Shown here piece by piece: positions 20,301 to 29,032 of a stretch of 64,000 nucleotides of DNA (its first letter is position 1; every line of letters begins with the position of its first letter). The position numbers were made by a program, and so were the translations under genes. The stretch is taken from the IMG/VR virus record IMGVR_UViG_3300020450_000018, positions 8,177 through 72,176 of that record. One strand, written 5' to 3'. This DNA is from a virus. Below the pieces are notes generated by a model. The model saw only the letters and a list, made by a program, of their open reading frames with translations, was not told the DNA's origin and did no database searches.

Positions 20301-23300
20301 TGCAGTGGTAAATGTAAGATCACCATTTGATGGATCGTAAGTAGCATTGGTTGGAGTGAATATACCAATAGGAGCAGCACCAGGTCCGTTTAAAATACTC
20401 CAGTCCTCAAATTTAGGAATTGGTGTAGTTAACGTAATAGGACCATAGATAATTTTGGTTCCATTAGCAAGAGCACTTACAAACGTATGTGGATCAGTAT
20501 TACTTCCTGCAGGACCAACATTACATGAAATAGTGGTATTACCGCCACTAGAAACTACATTAGTAATTAAGAAACTCTTACCAAATGCAACGTCAGTTCT
20601 GTAAGGACCTGCGTCATTACCACCACCAGAGTAAGCACAACTAAATGTAAGTGCTTCCTCAGAAAAAGCAATCCTATCTGAGTTTGCTACAGGTGCTACT
20701 GCTGGATCTGGAATGACTACTGTCAATGATCCAGTTTGAGGAACATATGTAGATCCTGTTGGGGTTGTTTGTAAAACGTTTCCGTCTGACCAATTACGCA
20801 TTGCGTAAATGGCATATAATTTTACTCTTTGGAAAGCATAGATTGTTTGTGGTCTTTGTGCTTCTGAGATTCCAGAAAGAACAGTTCCACTGAAATAAGA
20901 CTCAGCAGCAGAAACAACACCATGGTTTCCACCTAATACTAAATCTCTTACAAGACCTTTAAGAACAAGTTTAATATCTCTACGACATTTTCTCTGATGA
21001 AGATCAGAAAGATTAAGTGTTGGGTAAGCAGCTTCTGTATCAATAAGTGCTTGATCTGCAATTACATCAGCATTTCTTGCTATTAAATACGCAGCATCTA
21101 TATATGTGCCAGATGCATTGTTGGTAATAACATCAACCCAGAGGAATGCTAGAGTGTCAATAGCAGCTGCTACGTTAGCACAAGCAGGAGTTCCTGCTGT
21201 AGTATTAACGATAGTTGGATCAGTATATCTTGGTGTAGTAGCGTACTGTGTAGCATATAGAGGATCACTAAGAGTTCTATTCTTAATTCTCCAGTTACAC
21301 ATTGCATAAGTTGCTAACTCTCTGGCATACTCAATAGCACGAGCATTTTGGACAATTTCATCCTCAATGAAGGCAATCTTACCATCAACAATGTATTTTT
21401 TAGCTGCGTCAATGATATTATGGTTAGATCCAAATTCAAGGTCTCTTACTAGAGCGTTTAAGAAGTGAATAACATCTTGCTTACATTGCTCATCACCATC
21501 AGTGCCAGTATTATTTCCAGAAGTTGGGGAACTATATGATGGGTAAATTTTCTGACCTGCACTACAGGATATAAGAATATCTGCTAGTTTAACAACGTCA
21601 TCCTCAGACAATGCAGAAATAGCAGCTGCTGTTGTAGTAATTGTAGCTACACCAGTTAAAGAATTATCATATACAAAATTACTGATTGCATATGAGGTTC
21701 CACCAAATGTTACTGTACCACCACTAACATAGGTGTTTGCATGATCCGTTGTACCTAGATAAATGTCAAATGTGTTAGCAGAGGCGTTAAGATTATATAC
21801 AGCAAAGTAGTCTTTTGAAAATTGTTCATTAATTCTACCAACTACCTCTTCTGCAATATAATCTCTATTGTTTCTAATTAACTGACAAGCATCTTGAAAT
21901 CTTCTTTCTACAGGAGTTGATAAAGGAAACTTGTTTGGAGAGTTAAGTAGAGATAAAGTAACTACTTTTGAGTATGATTTTACTACAGCAAATTCACTAG
22001 GTTGATAATTAGCTGTTGATAATGAAGGAACCTTTTTAGGAATAACAAATCTTCTTGCTCTTCCATCAGCATCTTCTAATACCTTATAGATTCTTTGCTT
22101 TCCATTTAAGAAAGAAAGGTCTGGATTAGAAATAGGCATGTTCTCAAGAACAATCTCCTGACCTTCTTTGAATTCATGTGTGTTTGTTCTACCTACAAGA
22201 GCACTTGTATAGAAAACAATACCACCAAGATCCTCTGCATTACCAAATTGCTCATCTTGGAAACCACCTGTTGCAATACTAGGATCTCCTTGTAGAGAGA
22301 AATCAATTCTAGTAATTGGTAGAGTAGAAATTATATCATCATCATATGATACAACCTCACCCTCAGCTCTAATTGATTTTAGGTTAACAGTATCAATTGT
22401 GTTGGTTGTGGGTGTAGCATTATTAATTGTTACTGTTTCTGTTTGAGAGGTATCCCAACTTGGTGCTCCAAGAATAGGAACAAAAGTAACGTCCCAGTAA
22501 GTGGGAGCATTACTATTATTGATAACAGAAACTTGATAAAAACCTGATGTGAAGGATGAGTTATCAGTATCGTTTAATTGTACAACATTTCCTACTGGAA
22601 GATCAGTTGATGGATCTGCGTTAAATCTTAGTGTATTTTCACCAGAAGTAGATGCTACATACGCTCCTGCATCAATTCCTCCTATCGTCGCTGCTCCACC
22701 AGCAACTGCTGATGTGATGTAACTATATTGATCACCCTCAATGAACGAACCAGAGGTTAATTGTACATCAATAGTACCAGAAACATAAGCATTGGCACCA
22801 GTTTCAGAGTTAAAAGTAACACCAAGAACATTTGCTCTAGCACCTGTGTTCAAACCTAAAACTTGAACTCCAGTTGCAAGAAGATTTAATCCTGTGTTGT
22901 TTTGGAAACTAATACGGAATCTATCAGGTCCGAATATTTGATGACCAATTGGAAAGTCTACACCAAAATCTCCGTTAACTTCATTGTCAATACAGATTCT
23001 TTGCTTATCGTCAAAGACCATAGCGAAGTCCCATGTACCAACCGCATCACCATTGGAATCAATTTTGTCTCTATATGTTACTCCAGTAACGTAGTTTTTA
23101 TCTCCAAACTTAAATATATGTTTTCCTATATTACCTGGTCTAATGATTACCAAACGAAGGTTATCACCAACAACTGAACAATCAGGTGGTAGTGATATTG
23201 GGTTGTCCTCTACATAGTCACCACCAGAAACAATCAATGTTTCTTTTACACCAGGTGTTGACCATGCAATCTGCGCTGCCTTTTTAATAGTTCTAACTGG

Positions 23301-24242
23301 GTTTACAGCAGAACGACCATCATTAAGATCAGAACCAATTTGTTGAGAAACGTAAACACGACCACCAACATCATTTGTTGCTAGATTAAGGACGTATTCT
23401 GTAGTAGCAATTTTATCTGTTCTGTCACCTAATAGAGGTGTGATAGAACGAGGGAATGTACCAGCTTCTCCAGTCTCTAAGTAATTAAAATCATCTTGAT
23501 TACTTACTCTGTAACCAATATGTTTAAAAAGAACTTCACCATTAGCTACAATACCATCTTTATGTTCTGGTGCTAATGATCCTGTAGTTCCTGTATTTGT
23601 CGCTTGATATACATTACCAACTGCATATCTATATTGATCTTTCTGTACAATAACATTGGCAGCCCATGGCGTACCAGTTCCATTCATGAACGTTTTGAGG
23701 TTTGGTGCCCTCATATTCAAGTCTGGTGTAACAAAATTCTCAACATCAATATTCAGAATTCTCGCAGTATCTGAGATGATAGATGTTGATGTTCTTATAG
23801 CACCGTTAATATCAAGTTCAAAGTCAACAGAGTCAAGGAAAGCAGTTGCAGCTGCACCAGCACCATTACCACCAGTAAAAACTACATTTGGTGCTGTTGT
23901 ATATCCATTACCAGGATCGTTAACAACAACAGATGTCACTCTTCCATTAAAAATTGTAGCAGATGCTTGTGCTGTAGTTCCACCTGCTGGGGGAGCATCA
24001 ACAACGACTAATGGTGCTTGTGTATATCCCGTTCCACCCGTATCTAATTGGATCTTATCAATTCTTTGACCCGTTCTATTAATACCTACACGAGGAAGAC
24101 CACTGTTAGGGTCTTTCTGAAGGCGCATAATTTCTTGTTCATCCGCTCCAGTACCTACCCTAATGGTAGCTTCATTATCACCGATAATCTTAGGGTTTAC
24201 ACCCCTAATTTTCTCTTTGTCGGAATTAATATGAAAACTCAT
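14310..24242 (-). CDS. Giant (3310 aa) tail fibre / virion structural protein
   Basis: GGxGY..AP.V repeats, GLDADLLDG/GLDADKLD fibre motifs, RVGINT and KVGIG..P..LDVSG tip repeats, CBM-like WAAN..Y motif; late promoter CTAAATA at 24278-24284. Confidence 0.85.
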   Translation of the reverse strand: MSFHINSDKEKIRGVNPKIIGDNEATIRVGTGADEQEIMRLQKDPNSGLPRVGINRTGQRIDKIQLDTGGTGYTQAPLVVVDAPPAGGTTAQASATIFNGRVTSVVVNDPGNGYTTAPNVVFTGGNGAGAAATAFLDSVDFELDINGAIRTSTSIISDTARILNIDVENFVTPDLNMRAPNLKTFMNGTGTPWAANVIVQKDQYRYAVGNVYQATNTGTTGSLAPEHKDGIVANGEVLFKHIGYRVSNQDDFNYLETGEAGTFPRSITPLLGDRTDKIATTEYVLNLATNDVGGRVYVSQQIGSDLNDGRSAVNPVRTIKKAAQIAWSTPGVKETLIVSGGDYVEDNPISLPPDCSVVGDNLRLVIIRPGNIGKHIFKFGDKNYVTGVTYRDKIDSNGDAVGTWDFAMVFDDKQRICIDNEVNGDFGVDFPIGHQIFGPDRFRISFQNNTGLNLLATGVQVLGLNTGARANVLGVTFNSETGANAYVSGTIDVQLTSGSFIEGDQYSYITSAVAGGAATIGGIDAGAYVASTSGENTLRFNADPSTDLPVGNVVQLNDTDNSSFTSGFYQVSVINNSNAPTYWDVTFVPILGAPSWDTSQTETVTINNATPTTNTIDTVNLKSIRAEGEVVSYDDDIISTLPITRIDFSLQGDPSIATGGFQDEQFGNAEDLGGIVFYTSALVGRTNTHEFKEGQEIVLENMPISNPDLSFLNGKQRIYKVLEDADGRARRFVIPKKVPSLSTANYQPSEFAVVKSYSKVVTLSLLNSPNKFPLSTPVERRFQDACQLIRNNRDYIAEEVVGRINEQFSKDYFAVYNLNASANTFDIYLGTTDHANTYVSGGTVTFGGTSYAISNFVYDNSLTGVATITTTAAAISALSEDDVVKLADILISCSAGQKIYPSYSSPTSGNNTGTDGDEQCKQDVIHFLNALVRDLEFGSNHNIIDAAKKYIVDGKIAFIEDEIVQNARAIEYARELATYAMCNWRIKNRTLSDPLYATQYATTPRYTDPTIVNTTAGTPACANVAAAIDTLAFLWVDVITNNASGTYIDAAYLIARNADVIADQALIDTEAAYPTLNLSDLHQRKCRRDIKLVLKGLVRDLVLGGNHGVVSAAESYFSGTVLSGISEAQRPQTIYAFQRVKLYAIYAMRNWSDGNVLQTTPTGSTYVPQTGSLTVVIPDPAVAPVANSDRIAFSEEALTFSCAYSGGGNDAGPYRTDVAFGKSFLITNVVSSGGNTTISCNVGPAGSNTDPHTFVSALANGTKIIYGPITLTTPIPKFEDWSILNGPGAAPIGIFTPTNATYDPSNGDLTFTTASAHNLTTSNSVRFQPESLTFTCDMDNDATEHKYPKDGQPAYANNLVITATTTNTVTVNVGTSGPNVQFTPTAATYDPATGIMTLEIGTHTLDVGEGVVIADDSLTFRCSQDNFATNHTYPRSTDPISGKSIPITGKTATSITVNVGASSQSDQYTHQFQFATSNAVSHLPQSTHAFVSATADAVSAYSSTSAANNAICAGVESSIDTALELFEDIIDGTTAAGSTTQTFGTLYNTVDIITYPDSFINDTSGQRMAIRSIFDDFPIIEASPYTQNASVISFRGGGGALVDGSKVKQPNCPFPGLEPDGTASFPNQGKSMVAAAFTIVSFGGTGYKVIEDGYTQLVSVFVIFCQDGVLCESGGYASITNSATNFGTFALRGTGFRRECYTFDVGTVNVVSQTPTGRTTLTIGGIGREPLEHYIVKFDGYRNADPEKEFFIDSVSSVTVGPPFSATLTIDDGIGNGLTLIEEATGNTIAGLAALQAALTPSGASNATIKLHRPSIVNSSSHTWEFAGSGTNYLALPENGGTKVEAFEQVSENYGRVYVSGTDELGDFKVGTFARIENRTGNITFTGTVTISEVEFLKLKGGDVVVTGFDNSNTLGGANASDSKLPTQKAVKDYITNNLGPYINKPFSTNAVPRALVELTDSGKISLDQIPALRPFSVFTVADEAARLALEGALAGDIAIQQDTQTSFILNNDLTSLFLGFAVDSTLSFNIGDVFTGTPSTGRIQSTEYRQGVLFKINITDGGSGYTVAPTVTISGGNPSSGSVAATATATIANGEVVTITINENASYIGGLGYTTQPTITIQAPPGAGTQATANALIESRLYGNIVNNIKMLDTDTFDDSSSPSANTINITRVVNTSGFTASNWVSLSSDSVGVSSLTGPGVISTTLLGSEAANSFTFLRGDSRYAKVVQSLKGAETRYFARLAAQASTGSSSFIFQGLSDVLKGHDIVASIAGIAADTTVNGVTVVGGLTTVSFNNPITATIPLGTVIEFNRGASPLIFDSTNTGGDFIDSIVIANGGTGFTDGQYFDVSLDAPAGNNGVDLRANIIVGENGQSGVVTTCTVTNAGSGYTADFQVTPNPTIIGSGSNLVLLAKVATTQKQFANIALDVQRVSDLTISQDLFGTIGVSRYKKSQFNIGDEGNGSVSIKMGPDSGLDADLLDGQQGSYYLNGAFFVDSSIVPDKLASGVYSIDISGRSTNTLRLDTGTSNANANPGPSDAVQGITLQTLFNSSNGLLSAFPSVDTGNSNSAKHLVMTLRNGETGGDATFGGVRQLAFANDDRIYFRGSGDAVTSYGSWYEVWNSGNQGIDSGLDADKLDNKQGVWYQDARNIKLNEIFDTRLPVWRSSTKFRDKIEVSSYGGTDVFYRILVRQNLDISPGGDFETTNTIDLFDVNKISVGDFTITATDQIVDQNDSSNTYTILIGRLASGGNITAAIFLGVAGDEREFEQWEIYDANTIQYAELGNNSGTGFLRLGRYDGNGATNPYIYFNSSQAQAVDTNGNPSYNSAIIADGGNATEGSGTLEFKVVNENELKVNNNIIWNAGNVAFNSANVVSTGSLKSAVQRDTSGNFSAGTITASLTGAASLNVLKSGDTMTGTLTLTGGAGISIQSTGTLSVGSNTTVGGDLTVDTNTLYVDSTDNRVAIGNADPQTKLHIKGDGWESNVVGSGLLRLEDNSTTGAAIALKNANGQYWNIYNGGSSSWAGQGNLGFVYSDGINDPLNYKILFDSSGNILAGADSDQDLGADGTRWQNIYSDITHALNSVRIAKGTANQEADIQLRGGGSGAGGGRGFRLGTNIGGGPDLFEIYASQTNGSDNWKSLATPAGAPALAIQGANNRVGINTNSFSGTDTSTTPNTQRDYILNVEGDMNLNGQFFQNNEEFVTSRWTESANDSGANIYRDSKVGIGNVPSPAYTLDVSGDLNMTGVMRVNGTAQWFDSYGIIRGTNTDIAESVTIPNGSIATSNGPITIVAGGGHVVTIGTGASWTVR

Positions 24243-24286
24243 GGTGTTCCCGTGCTCTTGACTTTTTTCCTATCTTATATTTAGCA

Positions 24287-24787
24287 TCAAGACCAAGCAA
24301 TGGTGATAACTTCAGTAGATACTGCCCATTTAATAGTTTGTACGGTTCCAGATCTAACAGTAGCATAACTAAAACGATTTACAGCTGTAAATGGTACAAT
24401 CGTCCAAGACTCGCTAACTGGAATATCATCCTTAATGATTGTCAACATACTAGAAAGTTCAGACGTAGCACCAGATCCATTGCAATAAACAGCACTTTCA
24501 ATTTTTCCAGTATAAACTATTCCTGATGGATTTACTCCAATAAAATGACCAGTAACAAAGTTCATTGTACTGTTATCAATTGTAATTGTTGTTCCAACTT
24601 GATCTAATTGAAGTGTTGCTGTATTAACACCTCGTAAAATATAATTTACTGTTTTACTATCACTGTAAAAAGAATTCTTCATCTCAATTGAATTGAGATC
24701 TTGTGCATTTCTATCTTTATCAATTACAGAAGTCTCTCCAACAGAAAAACCTCCTAATGATTCAAACTCTTTTAAGTTAATTGGCAT
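24287..24787 (-). CDS. Virion structural protein (cyanomyovirus fibre cluster)
   Basis: FESLGGFSV N-terminus; position between fibre genes. Confidence 0.7.
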   Translation of the reverse strand: MPINLKEFESLGGFSVGETSVIDKDRNAQDLNSIEMKNSFYSDSKTVNYILRGVNTATLQLDQVGTTITIDNSTMNFVTGHFIGVNPSGIVYTGKIESAVYCNGSGATSELSSMLTIIKDDIPVSESWTIVPFTAVNRFSYATVRSGTVQTIKWAVSTEVITIAWS

Positions 24788-27700
24788 TTACTTGATCTCC
24801 TGAACTAGTACGGTAAAGTTAATAACATCAGAAGTTGCATGATCATTTGTCAAAGTTAAAGTGATCCTTGGTTCTGTGGAGGCAGTAAAATCAAATGTTG
24901 CTGTATACTGATCATCAGAAGTATTCAAGGAGGCATACTCATTGTGGAAAATATCCGTTCCATTATCTATAACTGCATATTCAGACATAGATCTTTTTCC
25001 AGAACTAGATTTAGAAACTACAGTTACCTTACATCCTTTAGAATTTCCACTTGGATAAAGGATGACAGCAGATGATTCTAAACCACCCTTATCTAGTGCA
25101 AAAGTAGAGGATTTAATTTTGTAATCTGCTAGCTCAAACTCTTTGAGGTCACCGTCAAGTATTTTAACACCATTAAAACTACCACTACCAAATGTAGTAT
25201 TAAGATAGACATCACCTTGATTATCTAATCTCAATACAGGATCCACATTCAAACCACTAGACAATCCTAAATCTAGATATTGTTTAGATGTATGAACAAA
25301 TGTTCTAGACGTATCACTATTATCAATAGTGGTATCGTTAGAATTTAATGTAAAGACCTCTGTTTCAATCGCTAAATTATTTCCACCAGAAGTTGTAACG
25401 GTATCAACACCAGTAAAATCTAATGCTGTCTCAGTTAATTGGATTGTATTGACATTGTTATTGTAGAAATATAATATATTTTCATTTGCTGCAGGAGAAC
25501 TCTCAGGAATAATGTATGTGTTTCCATCAACATCCCTAACTCCACCAAGAGATGACCAGTTTGTTCCACTGTAACCTTCAAATTGTTGAATCTCTGTGTT
25601 AAATCTAATTGATCCAGCACCAGGTAAGGCGATTGATTTTTGATTATTATTACCAGCAGGAATTCTAAAATGAGTTACCGAATCAACAATAACTTGTTTT
25701 CCAGCATTTGGTTGAATAATTAAATCTTGAACTTGTGTAGATATTTTATTGTCATCAAGTTTAAGTTCTTGACCAATAATTAAAGGACAGTTTTTAAAAG
25801 GACCTATTTGAACTTCTTCTGCATTATTAAATGTGATTGGAGCTACTGCAAGTTGAGACCAAGTTAGTTCAGCAGTTCCATTGTTTAATGCTCCACTAGT
25901 ATGTGTTGGTTCACTTCCAACTGATGCTGTAGTACCACTTGATGTTACTTCATATAAATTATTTCTATACTTAACATATTGTCCAGTTGTTACAGGAGTG
26001 TTTGCTGCCCAAACTGTAAATGATGGTATACCTAATTTTACAGAGGATAATTCTTTTACGCCATGAAATTCAAAAGATGATGGTGTAAATCTAACTGTGT
26101 TAACAGAATCATTATAGAACCATAATGTATTGTCATTTGCACCAGCTGTTAGTTCTGCTAAAATATAAGTATTGCCATCAATATCACGAACACCACCAAG
26201 AGAAGACCATGAGGTTGTTGCAGAATTATATCCTTCATATTGTCCATTATCTGTATTGAATCTGATCGCACCATCCTCTACCAATCCCGCGCCTGGTCTA
26301 TCTAATGTAGTTCCTTTTGGAATAATTAAAGAGGTCAATCCCTCAACTTTAGCAACTCTATTAGTTGCAGGAGCAAATACAAGATCACTAGTTCCTAATG
26401 ATTTTATTTTACCAGTATCTTCAATTGATACTAAATCATTTACGTTAATTTTATTAGTAGTTTTTATCTCTCCATTTGTATTAACATCTCCAGTAATTTT
26501 ATTGACAGTAATTGATCCTATTGTCAAGTTGGAATCAACAGTAACTGATGTTGCTGCAATATTTAAGTTGGTTGAGTTAATTTCAGTGTCTACAGTTAAG
26601 ATATTTGTAGAAACTGTCTGACTAGCATTTACTGTACCAACAGTTAGAGAAGATAAAGTTGCAGATGTTCCTGTAAAACTAGTTGAAGTAAAATCACCAG
26701 TGAAAACATTTGTCTTAATTGGTTCTGTCTCTAAAACACCATTAACAGTTAATGTAAATCCAGATCCAAAAGTTTTTGGGTTATTTGGATCTATTGTAAT
26801 TGTAGCTTCATTATCATCCTCACTTCCCATATCTGGGTGAACCTCACAATAGTAATATAATGTTGATGGTGTTGATGAAGTTACAGATAAAGTAACATTT
26901 GTAGAACTAGTTACTACACCGTCAGTGTATGGAGCTCCAGTAAATTTAACATCTGATGTTCCTGAGGTATCTACGGGTTTTGATAAGGTAATTGTGTTAC
27001 CATTGATGGATTGAACCTCAACTCCGAATGGTAATCCTCCTGTACCACCTGACTCAAGACTAACAAGCATTCCTACTAGAATACCAGTATTAGAAGCAAC
27101 TGTAATTTGATTGCTATCTGCTGTTAGAGTAATATTTGATTTGGTTACTGTATTGTGTATACCATCTGGATGAATGGATAACTTAAATGGATGACCACTG
27201 TTTGAACCATCAGATATATTAAAACTATATTTACTACCAACATAAAATGTTAGATCTGGAGTTAGTGCTTGCCCACTTCCAGTATCAAGAAAATATTTAT
27301 TTTTATTATTGACAGTATTTGTAGTATATGGAACTGTAGGTGCAGCACTTCTTACTAGAGTGTCACCATTTGAAATTCCTGCTGGTTCTGTAATTAAGTA
27401 AGAAAGATTACCACCAGATTCAACAACTTTATAAATGCCAACCGCTAAACCACCAGCAGATACTGTATCAATGGTTAGTGTAATATTATCAGCAGGAGAA
27501 GATCCACCTACTAAATTACCTGCAATTGTAATCGCATCAGCTGCTGTATAGAAAGCACCACCTAAGTTAACAGTAACACCAACAATTGCTCCATCAAAAC
27601 CTCTTGATACATCAAATGTGACACCAGATCCCGTTCCACCAGTTCCAGCTACTGCTGTATATGTGTTGTTTGCCTCTCCAGCAATAGTTGTCTCAACTGT

Positions 27701-28831
27701 TACTGATAGAGTTTCAGCTACCCCACCAGGCGTTTGTACAGTATCAGATGTAGTAAATGTTCCAGCAGATATAGCACCAGTAAAAGTAATTACAGAAACT
27801 GGATTAACATAGTTTACAATATTAACTGGTTGAGTTAAATCACCAGGATTTACACTTAAGATATCATTTGGAGCGTAACCAATTCCAGAATTGTTTATTG
27901 TAACTGCTGTAATAAATCCAATACTTCCTATAGTAAAAGAAAAATTAGAACCAGTATTATAACCATCAAAATTTGGATCTACTCCTAATACATCACCTGT
28001 TGTGTAACCAGATCCAGCAGAAAATATAGTGCAATCGGTAATTACGCCAGGAAAAGTAGTTACAGTTACAGCAAAATTAGAACCAGAACCAACACCATCA
28101 AAAGCAGGATCTACTGATAATACATCTCCGTTCGTATATCCAGTACCAGTGCTAGACAATGTTACTGCAGTGATCTCTCCATTACCAACAGAAAATCCTA
28201 CTTCTGCTCCGTTTCCAGTACCACCCGTCAGAGGAATATTACTATAAAAACCATCAGCGTAACCGCTACCACCATCAGTCAACTCAATTTCGGTATCATC
28301 AACTGTGATTGAAACTTCTAAACCAGAACCAGTTCCACCTGTTAAGGAAACACCATTGTATTGACCAGGATAATATCCAGAACCACCATTTGTAAGAGTT
28401 CCCTCAGCTCCAGTTACTGTAATATCTCCTGTGCCAAGTTGACCAGAACCACCTGTGAAAGGAATGTCATTATAAGAACCTGCATCATAATTTTGACCAG
28501 CGTCAGTAATTGTAATTTGAGAAGATGTTAATTCTTTTTTTACTAACTTGTAATCGTTATACCACTTACCTCCATCAAGAGTTAAATCTAATATATTTTT
28601 TTCTCCAGATACAAATCCTAGTGTACCCAAACTAGGTCTGTAAATACCTAATTTTGTATCATTGACAAATCCTAATGATGGAGTAACTCGTGTACCATCA
28701 CCAAGTTTTAAATTACCTGTGGAAAGATCACTTCCTCCTTGAGAAATGTTAAAAATTTGATCACCAATCTGGTTGATCTTTTGCCTCTGACGTTCAAAGG
28801 TATCAGTTTTTGCGACATTAATTGCTGGCAT
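24788..28831 (-). CDS. 1347-aa tail fibre / structural protein with a cupredoxin-like motif
   Basis: DTFERQRQKIN N-terminus; GGSG/GGTG repeats; duplicated IRFNT..EGY..WSSLGGVRDxDGNTYI; HPFKL...YYYCEVHPDMG. Confidence 0.85.
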   Translation of the reverse strand: MPAINVAKTDTFERQRQKINQIGDQIFNISQGGSDLSTGNLKLGDGTRVTPSLGFVNDTKLGIYRPSLGTLGFVSGEKNILDLTLDGGKWYNDYKLVKKELTSSQITITDAGQNYDAGSYNDIPFTGGSGQLGTGDITVTGAEGTLTNGGSGYYPGQYNGVSLTGGTGSGLEVSITVDDTEIELTDGGSGYADGFYSNIPLTGGTGNGAEVGFSVGNGEITAVTLSSTGTGYTNGDVLSVDPAFDGVGSGSNFAVTVTTFPGVITDCTIFSAGSGYTTGDVLGVDPNFDGYNTGSNFSFTIGSIGFITAVTINNSGIGYAPNDILSVNPGDLTQPVNIVNYVNPVSVITFTGAISAGTFTTSDTVQTPGGVAETLSVTVETTIAGEANNTYTAVAGTGGTGSGVTFDVSRGFDGAIVGVTVNLGGAFYTAADAITIAGNLVGGSSPADNITLTIDTVSAGGLAVGIYKVVESGGNLSYLITEPAGISNGDTLVRSAAPTVPYTTNTVNNKNKYFLDTGSGQALTPDLTFYVGSKYSFNISDGSNSGHPFKLSIHPDGIHNTVTKSNITLTADSNQITVASNTGILVGMLVSLESGGTGGLPFGVEVQSINGNTITLSKPVDTSGTSDVKFTGAPYTDGVVTSSTNVTLSVTSSTPSTLYYYCEVHPDMGSEDDNEATITIDPNNPKTFGSGFTLTVNGVLETEPIKTNVFTGDFTSTSFTGTSATLSSLTVGTVNASQTVSTNILTVDTEINSTNLNIAATSVTVDSNLTIGSITVNKITGDVNTNGEIKTTNKINVNDLVSIEDTGKIKSLGTSDLVFAPATNRVAKVEGLTSLIIPKGTTLDRPGAGLVEDGAIRFNTDNGQYEGYNSATTSWSSLGGVRDIDGNTYILAELTAGANDNTLWFYNDSVNTVRFTPSSFEFHGVKELSSVKLGIPSFTVWAANTPVTTGQYVKYRNNLYEVTSSGTTASVGSEPTHTSGALNNGTAELTWSQLAVAPITFNNAEEVQIGPFKNCPLIIGQELKLDDNKISTQVQDLIIQPNAGKQVIVDSVTHFRIPAGNNNQKSIALPGAGSIRFNTEIQQFEGYSGTNWSSLGGVRDVDGNTYIIPESSPAANENILYFYNNNVNTIQLTETALDFTGVDTVTTSGGNNLAIETEVFTLNSNDTTIDNSDTSRTFVHTSKQYLDLGLSSGLNVDPVLRLDNQGDVYLNTTFGSGSFNGVKILDGDLKEFELADYKIKSSTFALDKGGLESSAVILYPSGNSKGCKVTVVSKSSSGKRSMSEYAVIDNGTDIFHNEYASLNTSDDQYTATFDFTASTEPRITLTLTNDHATSDVINFTVLVQEIK

Positions 28832-29024
28832 TTTTAATTAACTCTCTAAGTAAAAATTTGATCTCAGAAACTTCATTCTTCAACATATTTATGTCGTCCA
28901 ACGCGGAACCAAGCTGTTTTGACTTACGTCTTGCAGCTATTGCAGAATCGTCTAGATTGATTATGGCACCAGTGTTTTTGTCTCTTACAAGACCATCATG
29001 CCCTTCAACTTTAATAAAGTCCAT
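28818..29024 (-). CDS. Conserved small hypothetical protein
   Basis: IKVEGHDGLVRDKNTGAIIN followed by a coiled coil. Confidence 0.75.
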   Translation of the reverse strand: MDFIKVEGHDGLVRDKNTGAIINLDDSAIAARRKSKQLGSALDDINMLKNEVSEIKFLLRELIKNASN

Positions 29025-29032
29025 ACGCGGAA

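Noticed and set aside
25500-26290. Duplicated WSSLGGVRDxDGNTYI segments as a diversity-generating retroelement TR/VR pair
   Set aside because: Both copies are in-frame protein repeats with synonymous divergence, and there is no reverse transcriptase in the window
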